Notes under the pieces: generated by a model
The model's database searches: none
What the model was told of the DNA's origin: nothing
Seen by the model: the letters and a program-made list of their open reading frames with translations, nothing else
Translations under genes and position numbers: made by a program
From: Octopus sinensis
Lineage: Eukaryota
NCBI RefSeq assembly: GCF_006345805.1
Contig: NC_043005.1
Span: 24,614,001-24,678,000 of the forward strand
DNA: 64,000 nucleotides
Direction of reading: 5' to 3'
In this document: piece after piece, positions 52,977 through 64,000 of the stretch
Numbering within the stretch: position 1 is the stretch's first letter
How the letters are laid out: the number at the start of each line of letters is the position of its first letter

Positions 52977-53322
52977 CTAGCAGTATCGCCCGCGTTGCTC
53001 AGGTTTGTAAGGGACATAACTAAAAGCATTTTTAGAGAGTTATACCAAAAAATAGCAAAAAATGGAAAAAAATGATGGTAAATTTTTTTTGCGTCCCCTA
53101 GACGTCTGTGTTTGGGTTCTGATTCTCGACCCCATGTCGAATTTATCGATTTTTTTCAGAACTGGAGGAACTTTTCAAAATTTTCGCTGCGTTAGTTTTG
53201 AATTATGACATTGGGCTATGGGTTGTCAAGTTTCATCAGAATCGGTTGAAAGCCTGGTCAGAGTGAGGGTACGAGAAACAACACACAGAAAACGCACAGA
53301 CAAACTGCCGTTTATATAGAGA
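52977..53322 (-). mobile_element. Non-autonomous Helitron
   Basis: Minus strand A|TCTCTATATAAACGG start and gcgatactgCTAG|T end; its 3' portion is shared with 58037-58419. Confidence 0.8.
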
Positions 53323-54382
53323 TAGATAGATAACTGAGACGAGCGACTTGCTTGTCATCTAGACAGGAGGGAGGGTGGGCAGTGTTTATAGTGTATACAC
53401 AGAGAGACAGACAGACAGACTGACAAAGAGAAATAGAGAGTGTTAATGGTGATTTAATCGTAGACCGTTCGGTAGCATTTTGTTACTGTAGAGACTCTGG
53501 ACAGGACAGATTGAACACCTAATTCACAAACGTTCCAGTAGGACCACCCGGGATTCTCTTCCTTTTTTTAAAAAAACATTGTATATCTCAGATTATGTAA
53601 TCTAACGGGTTCGCTTTTGTTTTAAAAAACGATGCTAAGGGAAATTTGGCAGCTGTTTCAAGCGACCACGTAGAACTTCCCAGAGTTGACTCGTGAAGTT
53701 ATGAATGTGAGACGAGCGAAAGATTCCAGTTCATCCAAGTACACTGGCAGACATACAACTGTGTAGAAGGGAATAGTGACAGTTCAAAAGCAGAGTTATA
53801 AATTAGAATACATTTAAATAGACAGGTAGATTTCTTAAATCATAACAACTTCAGTGTCCCTATTCGTTTAGGTTTGGTATCAAAAACTTACGAATCATTA
53901 AACATGATGAAGAACAAACAAAAGAAGAGAAAAAAGAAAGAAAGAAAGAAAAGAAAACGATAATTTACTTACTGGAGTAGAACAAGGGAACGTAAAATAT
54001 TTAGATATCGAATCAAGATGTGGTCGGTACACATAAACACATATACATAAATACATATATATATATATATATAGCAAATCAAAAGAACATCGCTGTTTTC
54101 CAAACTCTTTTTACAACTTGCAGTTTTTTGTTTTCTCTTTCCTTCTTAACATAGAACGCTCGCTCTATTTATTCCTCCGTCCTCTTTTCCTTGTTTCTCT
54201 GTTCCATTTCTTTTACTCTCTTCATATCCAGTTACTGTTTTTGTTTTGTTTTGTTTTGTGTTGTTTAATATTATTTTCACTATCCCTTATGTTTATGCAT
54301 TAGTGCACCACTTTCGTTTGATAACTTAGATGTTCCGTCTATTCAACCTCCGTATATATAAATATATATGTATGTGAGTGGC

Positions 54383-54440
<58 letters not shown>

Positions 54441-54940
54441 GCACGCACTAAGGTAGGGAGTGAGGGTGCGATGTGGTGTTACTTATTAGTATTTGTTTAT
54501 GATGATCGCAATGAAAACAGTGGCAAATGTACTGACGATGCAGTGGGTGGTTATAAGAATCCTTAAATTCGACAGGTAACAAGAGTAGTAATGTAAATCT
54601 CTATTATGCTCCACAGACTGCTGTGTACATCTACTAACTTCGGTAATACGGGGAATCAGGCATGACTATGAAGTATAAATATATATATAGTAACATTAAG
54701 GCTATTGAGAGTTACTTCCCCTGCTCATATAAACATTACTGCTAGCGCCACCTCTTTGCTAAACTGACAAAAGTTTTTTTTGCAATTACGTTTAGTAATC
54801 GAAAAGAGAACGTGTGTAGATGCCAACGTCACAGCTGGCTAGCTTGATAGGGAGTGGTCTGAGGTAATTACTCACCAAGCTGTCAGCTTTCTAGGTGTTT
54901 TCTGACTGTGACCAACCGCTACTGCGCTGAGTCCATGATT
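53300..54940. promoter_or_regulatory. Candidate promoter / first-exon zone
   Basis: Unique, visibly CpG-richer sequence. Minus-strand donors TTG|gtgagt (54876/54875) and CCA|gtaagt (53973/53972); plus-strand donor CAG|gtaaca near 54578. No transcript evidence. Confidence 0.3.
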
Positions 54941-55378
54941 GTTTGGTACGAAGTTTGTCTCCCAACCATATGGTTTCCGATTCAGTCGCAATGCGTGGCA
55001 CTTTGTGCAAGTGTCTTCTGCTACAGCCCCAAACCGAGCAAAGCCCTATTAATTGACGTCGTAGACAGAAACTGAAAGAAGTTCGTCGCGTGTGTGTGTG
55101 TGTATGTGTGTGCCGTTTGTAGAAAAACATAAATCTAGAGAAGAAGCACACTCTAAGATGTAGAGCAGCTAATATTATAACGAGGGAAGCCGGTTTATGG
55201 GGTTACTCTGGTTTTCCCGTCCATAAGGGGTTTGGTCAGACCCCAAACTTGTTGGCCAAAGACCTCTTCAAAATATTTTGAAAAGTTCTTAGGCCAACAG
55301 GTTTGGGGTCTGACGATACGCCGTAAGACCAAACTCCTTATGAATGGGAATCCCCATAAACCGGCCTCCCTCGTTATA

Positions 55379-55422
<44 letters not shown>

Positions 55423-55617
55423 TTTATAAAAGGAGCTTCTACAGTACTAGAACTGTTTCATTCAGATGAAATCTTCAGGAAGCCAGCTTCCTGAAGATTT
55501 CATCTGAATGAAACAGTTCTAGTACTGTAGAAGCTCCTTCTATAAAATAAATTACTTTACTCTGCAATGTATTGAGTACCTTATTTACTGTGGTTTACCC
55601 CGACTCAACCCGGGACC

Positions 55618-55670
<53 letters not shown>

Positions 55671-55734
55671 GTTTGTAAAAAAACATAAATCCGAAAGAAG
55701 AAGCACACTCTAAGATGAGGTCTTCGGCCAACAA

Positions 55735-55807
55735 TTTTGGGGATCTGACGATACGCCATAAAGCTAAACCCTTTATGGACGTGAAACCTAAGGTATTCCC
55801 ATAAACC
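55735..55807 (+). ncRNA. Type I hammerhead ribozyme fold with intact catalytic core
   Basis: GGGA(U) CUGACGA U [ACG-CCAUAAAG / CUUUAUGG-A-CGU] GAA [ACC uaa GGU] A^ (U)UCCC. Predicted cut between 55795 and 55796. Confidence 0.75.
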
Positions 55808-57484
55808 GGCCTTTCCTATTTTTAGTATATATATAAATATATCGTCTTTAAAATACATAAATCCGAAAGAAGAGGCACACTCTAAGGTGTAGAGCAGTAT
55901 ACATCAAAAATGGAGAAGGCCGATTTATAGGATTACCTTAGGTTTCCCATCCCTAAAGGGTTTTGTTCTATGGAGTATCGTCAGAGCCCTAAACCTGTTG
56001 GCCCTAGACCTCTTAAAAATATCTTCGTTGGAAGGCGTGGATATATTGTTAGTGGAGTAGCCGAGGTCACATAGTTCCAAATTTATGAAAGATACGTTGT
56101 TTCTGTAAATATGTATAAGCGCAGCCTACTGATCAGCTATTTAACATATTTTTAAGAGGTCTTGGGTCTACAGGTTTTGGGATGAGCCTTTTATAGACGG
56201 GAAACCTAAGGTAATCCCATAAACTGGCCATCCCCATTTTTAATATGTATATGTGTGTGTAAAAAAAAATAAAATCCACAAATACACACACACATACATG
56301 CATACATACATATGTACGTATGTATTATATATATATTGATATACAAAATCGAACGCGCACACACAAGTCATGCGTGCCGTCAGCTCGTGGGTCGGCCGCG
56401 ACCCTTTGGCCTAAGAGAAGCCTAATGGCCGCAGCCGACCCACGAGCTGACGATACGCATGCCTTGTGTATGTGTTTTCGATTGTGCTTATAAGCCTCGA
56501 GCTGCTTCTAATTCATATTTGAATGTGCGTGTGTACGTGTGTTCTCCCCCATCACTTGGCAACTGGTGTTATCGTGTTTATATCCCCGTAACTCAACGGT
56601 TCGGTAAATGGAACCGACAGAATAAGATCTAAAAAATACAAGTAAGTACTGAAGGTCGATTTGTGCGAGTAAATTCTGAAGGCGATACCCCAGCATGGCC
56701 GCAATCCAATGACTGAAACAAGTAAAAGAACAAAAGAATTAAACTGAAATGCGCAAGCCATCCCAGCAGTTAAAAGATGCAAAGTACGGAGGTTAATTGG
56801 AAAGTATTCAAATATAGACGTGGATTTTCATACGTTATTTTTAGTAGATTTTGCAACACGCCATCACAATCTGGGAAACTTAATCTTCACAGAAATAACT
56901 GAAGGAGAAACTATATTTTCTCATAAAAATATAGCTTCTATCGTTTCCATTGCATTATTTTCACAAAACTTAATTACCGTGATCCTAACAAACTAAGGCT
57001 TCTGTTCCTACATTTGGGTCTCACGTATTAGATATTAGACATTTAATAATGTATGGGTGACCTTTTTCAAGAAGCGGACTCCATGAGATATGGCTTATTG
57101 CAAGGCGGGCCGCACTACTAAAATAAATTTCCGTAAGTGCGCCATTCAGAGAATCCTACTGGCCGCTGTTTGCCCATGATTGCTGTAAGGGGTTACAAGA
57201 AATTTACTCGGAGCCATTCAACACGCCAGACACCTGTCTATACTATTTCAGAAAACCGAGGCAAACGTTATCGCCCCAGTTTTCTCTATCACCATCGCTA
57301 ATGGCCCCTTATATTATTATCAACAACAGATCCTTCTTCTATTGTGCCGCCCTTTATTTCATTTTCTGGTAACGGTTCAGTTTTATTGATTTCTCTCTTT
57401 TGTATTCAGATTTCTAATAAAATATTTTGCCTGTGTTTCAGTGAAGAAAATAATCAAGATTTTGGTCGAGTTGTTAAAATAATT

Positions 57485-57785
57485 GTGGAGGCGCAATGGC
57501 CCAGTGGCTAGGGCAGCGGACACTAGCGATCGGAGGATCGCGGTTTCGATTCCTAGACCGGGCTTTGTGTGTGTTTATTGAGCGAAAGCACCTAAAACCT
57601 CTACGAAGCTCCAGCAGGGTGTGGTGGTGACCCCTGTTGTATTTTTTCGCCACAACTTGCTCTCACTATCTCTTCCTGTTTCTTGAGTAACGCTGCGATG
57701 GACTGGTGTCCCGTCCAGCTGGGGGAGGGGCATACGCCACAGAAACCGGCAAACCTGGCCCATGAGCCTGGCTAGGCTTGAAAAA
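57485..57785 (+). mobile_element. tRNA-derived SINE family D, representative copy
   Basis: gtggaggcgcaatggcccagtgg.tagggcagcgg...ggtttcgattcc A/B boxes; also at 18700-19010(-), 20230-20530, 62735-62857(-). Confidence 0.8.
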
Positions 57786-58036
57786 GGCGACGTTTATCGT
57801 TTAAAATAATTAACTTTTGCAATGTTCAGGTTTGTCGTTGCTGTTTAACCCAAGGTCATATCTAATCCAGTAGTCCCACGATGAAAGATGCTCTGATTTT
57901 TTTTGATTTTTTTTACATTTTTATTTCATTTAATTTTATTTTTATACATCAAGTCTATTAATCTGGAATTGGAAATAGAAGTTGACAAGAGATCCTCATA
58001 CAAAAACATTAAGAAATGTTTGATTTTAAATATAAA

Positions 58037-58419
58037 CTAGCAGTATCGCCCGGCGTTGCTCGTGTTTGTAAGGGAAATAACTATATAAGCATTTTTAGAG
58101 AGTTATAGCCAAAAAATAGCAAAAAAATGCATTAAAAATGGGAAAAAAATGATGGTAAATTTTTTTTAAATCGTTGACTCATCGTAGACATTTTTAGAGA
58201 GTTACTTCCCTTATATAATAGCGAAAAATGCATTAAAATGGAAAAAAATGATGGTAATTTTTTTTAAATCATAGACGCGCGCTAATACCCAGAAGGGCTC
58301 GATATGAATCATGACTATAAGATGCCCGGTTTTGGTTAAACTGCACCGCAAAATGTGGGAGTAGTTAGGAATCTAAATCGTAGGAGACAGACACACAACC
58401 TTACTTTTATATATAAAGA
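58037..58419 (-). mobile_element. Non-autonomous Helitron with an internal duplication
   Basis: Minus strand A|TCTTTATATATAAAAG start and gggcgatactgCTAG|T end; the block catttttagagagtta...atggtaa is repeated internally. Confidence 0.8.
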
Positions 58420-58718
58420 TCTTTTAAAACGCGATGCTGAGTATCGAAGTTTCAAACGCATTTATTTGAAAGTTGTTAAAATTAGAAACCACGTCGATAA
58501 AAAAAAAATTTTAATATGCAAGATAAAAGAAATTTGAAATAACCTACATATTGGCGACCTAGTTTAAGAAAACCGGTTGATAAGGTTATAGATTAGAAAA
58601 CTGAAGTGTAGAAAATATCAAAATACAAGGATGGTACTTAATGTATCGTCAGATATTTATTTAAGGTATAAGATACATTTACAGCTTAATCCCAAAATAT
58701 CTTAATCTCTTGGAAAAA

Positions 58719-58754
58719 CATACATACATACATACATACATACATACATACATA

Positions 58755-58788
<34 letters not shown>

Positions 58789-58908
58789 TACATACATACA
58801 TGCATGCATGCATACATACATACATACATACATACATACATACATACATACATACATACATACATACATACATACATACATACATACATACATACATACA
58901 TACATACA
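58719..58908. repeat. (ATAC)n microsatellite, representative of dozens of (AT)n, (CA)n, (TAA)n, (TAG)n and (CTAT)n tracts
   Basis: Directly visible; these tracts generate most of the YI/HT/CV/MYVC ORFs in the track. Confidence 0.97.
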
Positions 58909-59150
58909 ATAAAAATGAAAGTACAAGAAATAATTCGGAGTGGTATGTGTATGAACAGATAAGCTTATACAAATATATCAAACACTATACAGCATAAATT
59001 GTTGAGTTACTAAAATAATTACCGCTTCTAGAGGATGTGTTACATGCCAAATGGCAAATGAGAACAACTTTATTTGAGAAGGGGGAAATAATGTCAAGAA
59101 TCAAGTGACATGCTACTAAGAAAAATGACAGGCTTATTTATTGTTTGGAG

Positions 59151-59559
59151 GGATCTTTTCGGTTTGAACGGCAGTTTTTTCTAGCGGTGTCATATGAAAT
59201 TGTTACCCATAATTATGATCCTAGTATCGATCTATTGCATTTCAATCTGTTTTAGGGTTAGGGTTGGAGGGGTATCTTTTTTTTTCTTCACAAATGTAAA
59301 TAAACCCAATCTGTTTCTTAAACGAGGGACATAGTCATACGGCACAGAATGTTTTTTTTACCTCAATGGACGTCATTGATTGGTTGAAATTGCAGAAATT
59401 GAAGAAAATAACAACAAATATCTTACAAACTATAGAATTTTGTCAATAAAGCCAAGAGAAAAAGATGTTTTATAAACACATTCTACCAGTATACGAAGTT
59501 TAGAATTTTTTAGTTACCTAGAAATTATGTAAAAACTGCCGTTCAAACCGAAAAGATCC
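59151..59559 (+). mobile_element. Merlin-like MITE, copy 1
   Basis: TIR GGATCTTTTCGGTTTGAACGGCAGTTTT at both ends; exact 8 bp TSD gtttggag (59143-59150 and 59560-59567). Confidence 0.85.
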
Positions 59560-59818
59560 GTTTGGAGATAAGAGGACAGTGAGGGACATGTGTTTCGATC
59601 TTAATAGGCACCATCAGTACTCTGAATTATTTCTCTTGGCTCACTTTTGATAACTCTATGTTTCGCTAGCCATAAACGTGTTCAACTCTTTTTGTATGGT
59701 TATAGGAAATTTTGTCGTAAATATTTTTCCGTAGCAAAATTCGTTGCAAGAAATTTCGTTTTAAATTACCTCCTCACGGTTTTTTTTTTAACACTATTTG
59801 GCCCTGAATAAAAACTTG

Positions 59819-60240
59819 GGATCTTTTCGGTTTGAACGGCGGTTTTTTAAAAATAATTTCCACGTAACTAAACACTTTTACATTTCGTATACTGGTAGAA
59901 TGTGATTATAAAACATCTTTTTCTCTTGGTTTTATTGGGGAAATTCTATAGTTTGTAAGATATTTGTTGTTGTTTTTTTACTTCAATTTCTGCAATTTCA
60001 ACCAATCAATGACATCTATTGAGGTGAAAAACATTCGGTGCCGTATGAATATGTCCTTAGTTTAAGAAACAGATTGGGTTTATTTACATTTCTGAAGAAA
60101 AAAAGATACCCTTCCTCCCACCCCTAACCCTAACCCTAAAACAGATTGAAATGCAATAGATCGATACTAGGATCATAATTATGGGTGACAATTTCATATG
60201 ACACCGCTAGAAAAAACTGCCGTTCAAACCGAAAAGATCC
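59819..60240 (-). mobile_element. Merlin-like MITE, copy 2, opposite orientation
   Basis: Same TIRs; exact 8 bp TSD aaaacttg (59811-59818 and 60241-60248); internal sequence is the reverse complement of copy 1. Confidence 0.85.
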
Positions 60241-60626
60241 AAAACTTGTATATTTAATGCTTTTATAAAACGTTTTATCGTTTTTTCTTTTCTTTATTAA
60301 AAGAAGTCTTGGTATAATTGTCTATATATGCATGTCCATTTCGGGACATGCTTTTGTATATGTGTTTCTCTCTTGGTTGAGATGGTCAGGTGGTCAAAAC
60401 AGTTACCATGCTGATGATGTTTATTCAGAGAGGAACAGGTGTGCACGACTGTCCTCTTATCTTCAGACACACTTGTTCTTTTCCTTAATGGCATGTCAAT
60501 TTTGAAGAATCCTTGAGTTTTAAGATTATCTCCCCTTCGCTGTTCTCGATTGCCATCTGGTTATCAAACATCGTCAAGGCAGAAATAATTTTAATCAATC
60601 AAAAGTTTATATTTTATAATTAATAC

Positions 60627-60684
<58 letters not shown>

Positions 60685-60862
60685 ACACACATATATACAT
60701 ACATAATGTTTAGTAAATTGATGTGTGGGTTAGTGGCTGTGCAGTCGTTACTCCCTTCTCTCTCTCTATAGCCATATGCTGTCTAAGACAGAGAGAAAGG
60801 GAAAGAGAAAGAGAGAGAGGGAGACAAAGAGAGCGAAGCAACCTAGCCAATAGAGTAGTAAG

Positions 60863-61040
60863 CAGTGCTGTGGAGTCGGAGTCGTGGAGTCGAGTTATGG
60901 AGTTGGAGTCGTGGAGTCGGAGTCGCGAAGTTACAGTCGGAAGCAATTAACAGGTAGCTGGAATCGGTAACATAGATGACAATCACTAATTACAGAGAGG
61001 AGTCGGAGTCGAAGTTTTTTGTTTCAACTCCACAGCCCTG
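60863..61040. mobile_element. Short hAT-like MITE with GGAGTC subterminal repeats
   Basis: cagtgctgtggagtcgg ... caactccacagccctg TIRs; flanks gtagtaag / ataatgag (5 of 8 identical, possibly a decayed TSD). Confidence 0.55.
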
Positions 61041-61422
61041 ATAATGAGTTTGAATGAAATTCTGCACAGGAAAGGTCTAGACATGGCAAAACAGAGTGGC
61101 AGCAACACGACTAAAAGGAAAGTAAATAATAAAAATCTTCGAGGTTTAAGTGAACTGAGAAAATGGCAGGAAAGAAAACCCATCTGCTCTCCGAATAAGA
61201 AACCCTAAATAAATTCTTATATTGTATCGATGGAATATTTTCAGTCCTGGCAGGCACTCTCCCTGGTAATGACAAAATGTAACAAATCGAGGCTGTAAAC
61301 TGATTGGTGATATGAAGAGCACTCAGCCGTTAAAACCAAGCAAAAATCTTGATAGTCACATATGACATTAAAAAAAACTAGTTGCTGCACTCCACCGATA
61401 CTCCTAATGCCCAGTATTAAGT

Positions 61423-61628
61423 AGGGACAGATGTGGGTTGTCTGGGTTTCAACACAACGGATGAGATTGGAACTAGGGACAGATGTGGGTTGTTAGGGTT
61501 TCAACACAACTGATTAGATTGGAACTAGGGACAGATGTGGGTTGTCAGGGTTTCAACACAACGGATGAGATTGGAACTAGGGACAAATGTGGGTTGTCTG
61601 GGTTTCAACACAACTGATTAGATTGGAA
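61423..61628. repeat. Four tandem copies of a 52 bp unit
   Basis: agggacagatgtgggttg...gattggaact starts at 61423, 61475, 61527 and 61579. Confidence 0.92.
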
Positions 61629-63327
61629 GAGATACAGTTTAGAATTGTGCCGTGTTGGCGAATCAAGGCGGTTCTATTTATAGTAAGACAGCTACATGAG
61701 TTCTCAGATAAAAGTAAACCACAATACCGAAACATTCATCAACCAAAAGAAAACCTTTGGCAGGTCACCACACTCTGTAGTCAGGTGATCAATTTAAAAA
61801 AAAAAAACCCAGAAAATCTTGAATGGCTTGTGGAAGCCTTGCGAGCCATATACAGAGATGCAGCCAGAAGAGGCTCTCTTGTTTATTATAGTTATCTAGA
61901 CCATAATAATAAAGGTTAGGAGCAGATATTCGTAGCAACACCTGTATTCTGAGTACCTGGTTCCCACAAGAAATTTCAAGCGTGTAAAAGAGCTTAGAAT
62001 TGAGAATATTCAAAATAAACCTAGTAATGATAAACATTCTATTTTGAGAGGATCAGACTGTCAATAAAGCACATGCACTGGTTATGTTTCATTTCAATCT
62101 ATTATTAATCAATTAGATAATCGATCAATTGATTAATCAAGTCAACCAAAGTCCTTTCATTACAGTCCGTGACCTTATCAATGATTGTGTTTCTCAAGCA
62201 TTCTTTCTCATCAGCACAAACAGTAAATATACAATAAGTGCTGAAGAAAAACAGGTTCTTAAGGAACATATAGTCTTGAGTAAGATCACAGACTGTCACG
62301 AAGGGACTTTGACAGATAAAACGATTAACCAATTGTTCAATCGATTATATACTTATTCCACTGGTAATGAAATGAGCATTCACCATAATTGACATACTGG
62401 AAATTGTAATTGATATCAATAATTAAATTGTGTGATGCACTGCAACATTGTGAATCGTTTAATTATGTAATCCATACCCTCGAAAACGTATCTCTGCAAA
62501 ATGTCATTAAAAAATATGCGGTTTTAAAGAGAATCATAAAGAAATAGACTCTAGTGAAGGGAAAAAGTGATTCGAAAATTTTGTTTAAATGGTATTAACA
62601 TAATCGTTATCTTCGCCCTCAAAATCATATCTCTGCAATTTTTTAATTAAGAAATATGCATTTTCCAGAAAGTTGTAAAAAAACTAAGCTTGGGCGGTGT
62701 TAGGATACCAAACGATAAGTATGCCAAAATTTGGAACCTCGTGGAGCTTTTAGGTGTTTTCGCTCAATAAACACTCACAACGCCCGGTCTGGGAATCGAA
62801 ACCGCGATCCTACGACCGCGAGTCCGCTGCCCTAACCACTGGGCCATTGCGCCTCTACCACCGCTAGACTAAACTAGCGGTGACCTGCCTATGGGCAGGT
62901 CCTGTGCATGTGAAACTTTCCTATAGGAACTGGAATGTTCTGCACTCTACCCTACCACCGTTAAGCACATTACTGCAACTTCGGCTACAATGACTAGATT
63001 TAGGATGAATTCTGGAGTGGTTTCCGTTGCCTTCTCCAGAACTAATGGAATTTGAACTCGGAATAGAGAGGGCCGGAAGATTTGCAGTTAAGTATCTCTG
63101 CGCACCAAAGATTCTGCCATTCTTCCACTTGCAGGACAACGTGAAATAGTCTTTTTTTTTTTTTTTTTTTTCAAGACTACAACGGCTGCCTGGTGAAGGA
63201 ACTCACGAGCTAGCAATCGTGAATGCAACACCCCTAACCACTAGGCCACGCGCCTTCACCATAGAGGGACTCCATTAACTAATATTGTAGCATTTCCACT
63301 TGATTACATTTACAAAATATATATCGT

Positions 63328-63746
63328 GGCGATCTTTCGTCTCTAGTAGACCTTTCCGTCGATTTCCGTAAAAATTTTTTTTTTCTACATATGGGCTTGC
63401 GGGAACTTTTGAAGTAATATACATACATATACACATACACCGAGTAAAAAATTTCAGTTATCTCTTTCTTTCACACATTACTCTGTCTCTTCACACACAC
63501 TAACAGAAGCACTTCACTTACACAACATACTGTCTGTCTCCCACACCCCATCAAACACACACACACACATGTACATCAATGCTTCCCATGCACGGTAACT
63601 TCAAAAGAACTTCCCTCGTCATACAATCGCTTTCTCTTCGTCTCTTTCGCTCTCATTACTTCAAAAGTTCCCGCAAGCCCATATGTAAAAAAAAAAAAAA
63701 TTTTACGGAAATCGACGGAAAGGTCTACTAGAGACGAAAGATTGCC
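63328..63746. mobile_element. Merlin-like MITE, second family
   Basis: About 90 bp TIRs starting GGC(G/A)ATCTTTCGTCTCTAGTAGACC; exact 8 bp TSD tatatcgt (63320-63327 and 63747-63754). Confidence 0.85.
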
Positions 63747-64000
63747 TATATCGTATTTGATGGCATATAAGAGACACATCTTTACAAAAAAATGTGTAAA
63801 AACAAAAACCTCAACCCTAGCCCTATATCAGAATTTGGGCCTCCCATAAATTTGAATGCTCGAAAAACTTCTCTTGAATACGTGCCGCTGAAATTCGTGT
63901 GCATTTGATATGTCTGAGGGTCTTTTGTGGCATCAAATACGGTATACAGATGAATGAATGAATTAATCAATGTATTTAGCTGTGACGCATTTGTCAACAA

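Overview
AT-rich, repeat-dense eukaryotic DNA. The SINE, Helitron and microsatellite content looks like an octopod cephalopod (inference from repeat families, not verified). The one recognisable gene is TMEM68/DIESL acyltransferase on the minus strand: four phase-compatible coding exons at 8716-8419, 6779-6612, 5017-4919 and 2908-2814, with its 3' end lying left of the window. An unrecognised plus-strand gene has a strong exon at 33902-34389 and weaker candidates. The rest is mostly mobile DNA: tRNA-derived SINEs, CR1/L2 and RTE LINE fragments, a Penelope GIY-YIG remnant, a decayed autonomous Helitron, non-autonomous Helitrons, a mariner end, Merlin-like and other MITEs, and mini/microsatellites. 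The most striking signal is that at least three unrelated repeat families carry type I hammerhead ribozyme folds and recur as inverted (fold-back) pairs. One hammerhead copy (55735-55807) keeps every core nucleotide, and one family has a tRNA-derived Pol III head. A 1.7 kb Helitron-bracketed segment upstream of TMEM68 carries two in-frame candidate exons with GT-AG sites. Most ORFs in the supplied track are microsatellite or repeat artefacts. All calls were made by eye; no database search or folding program was run.
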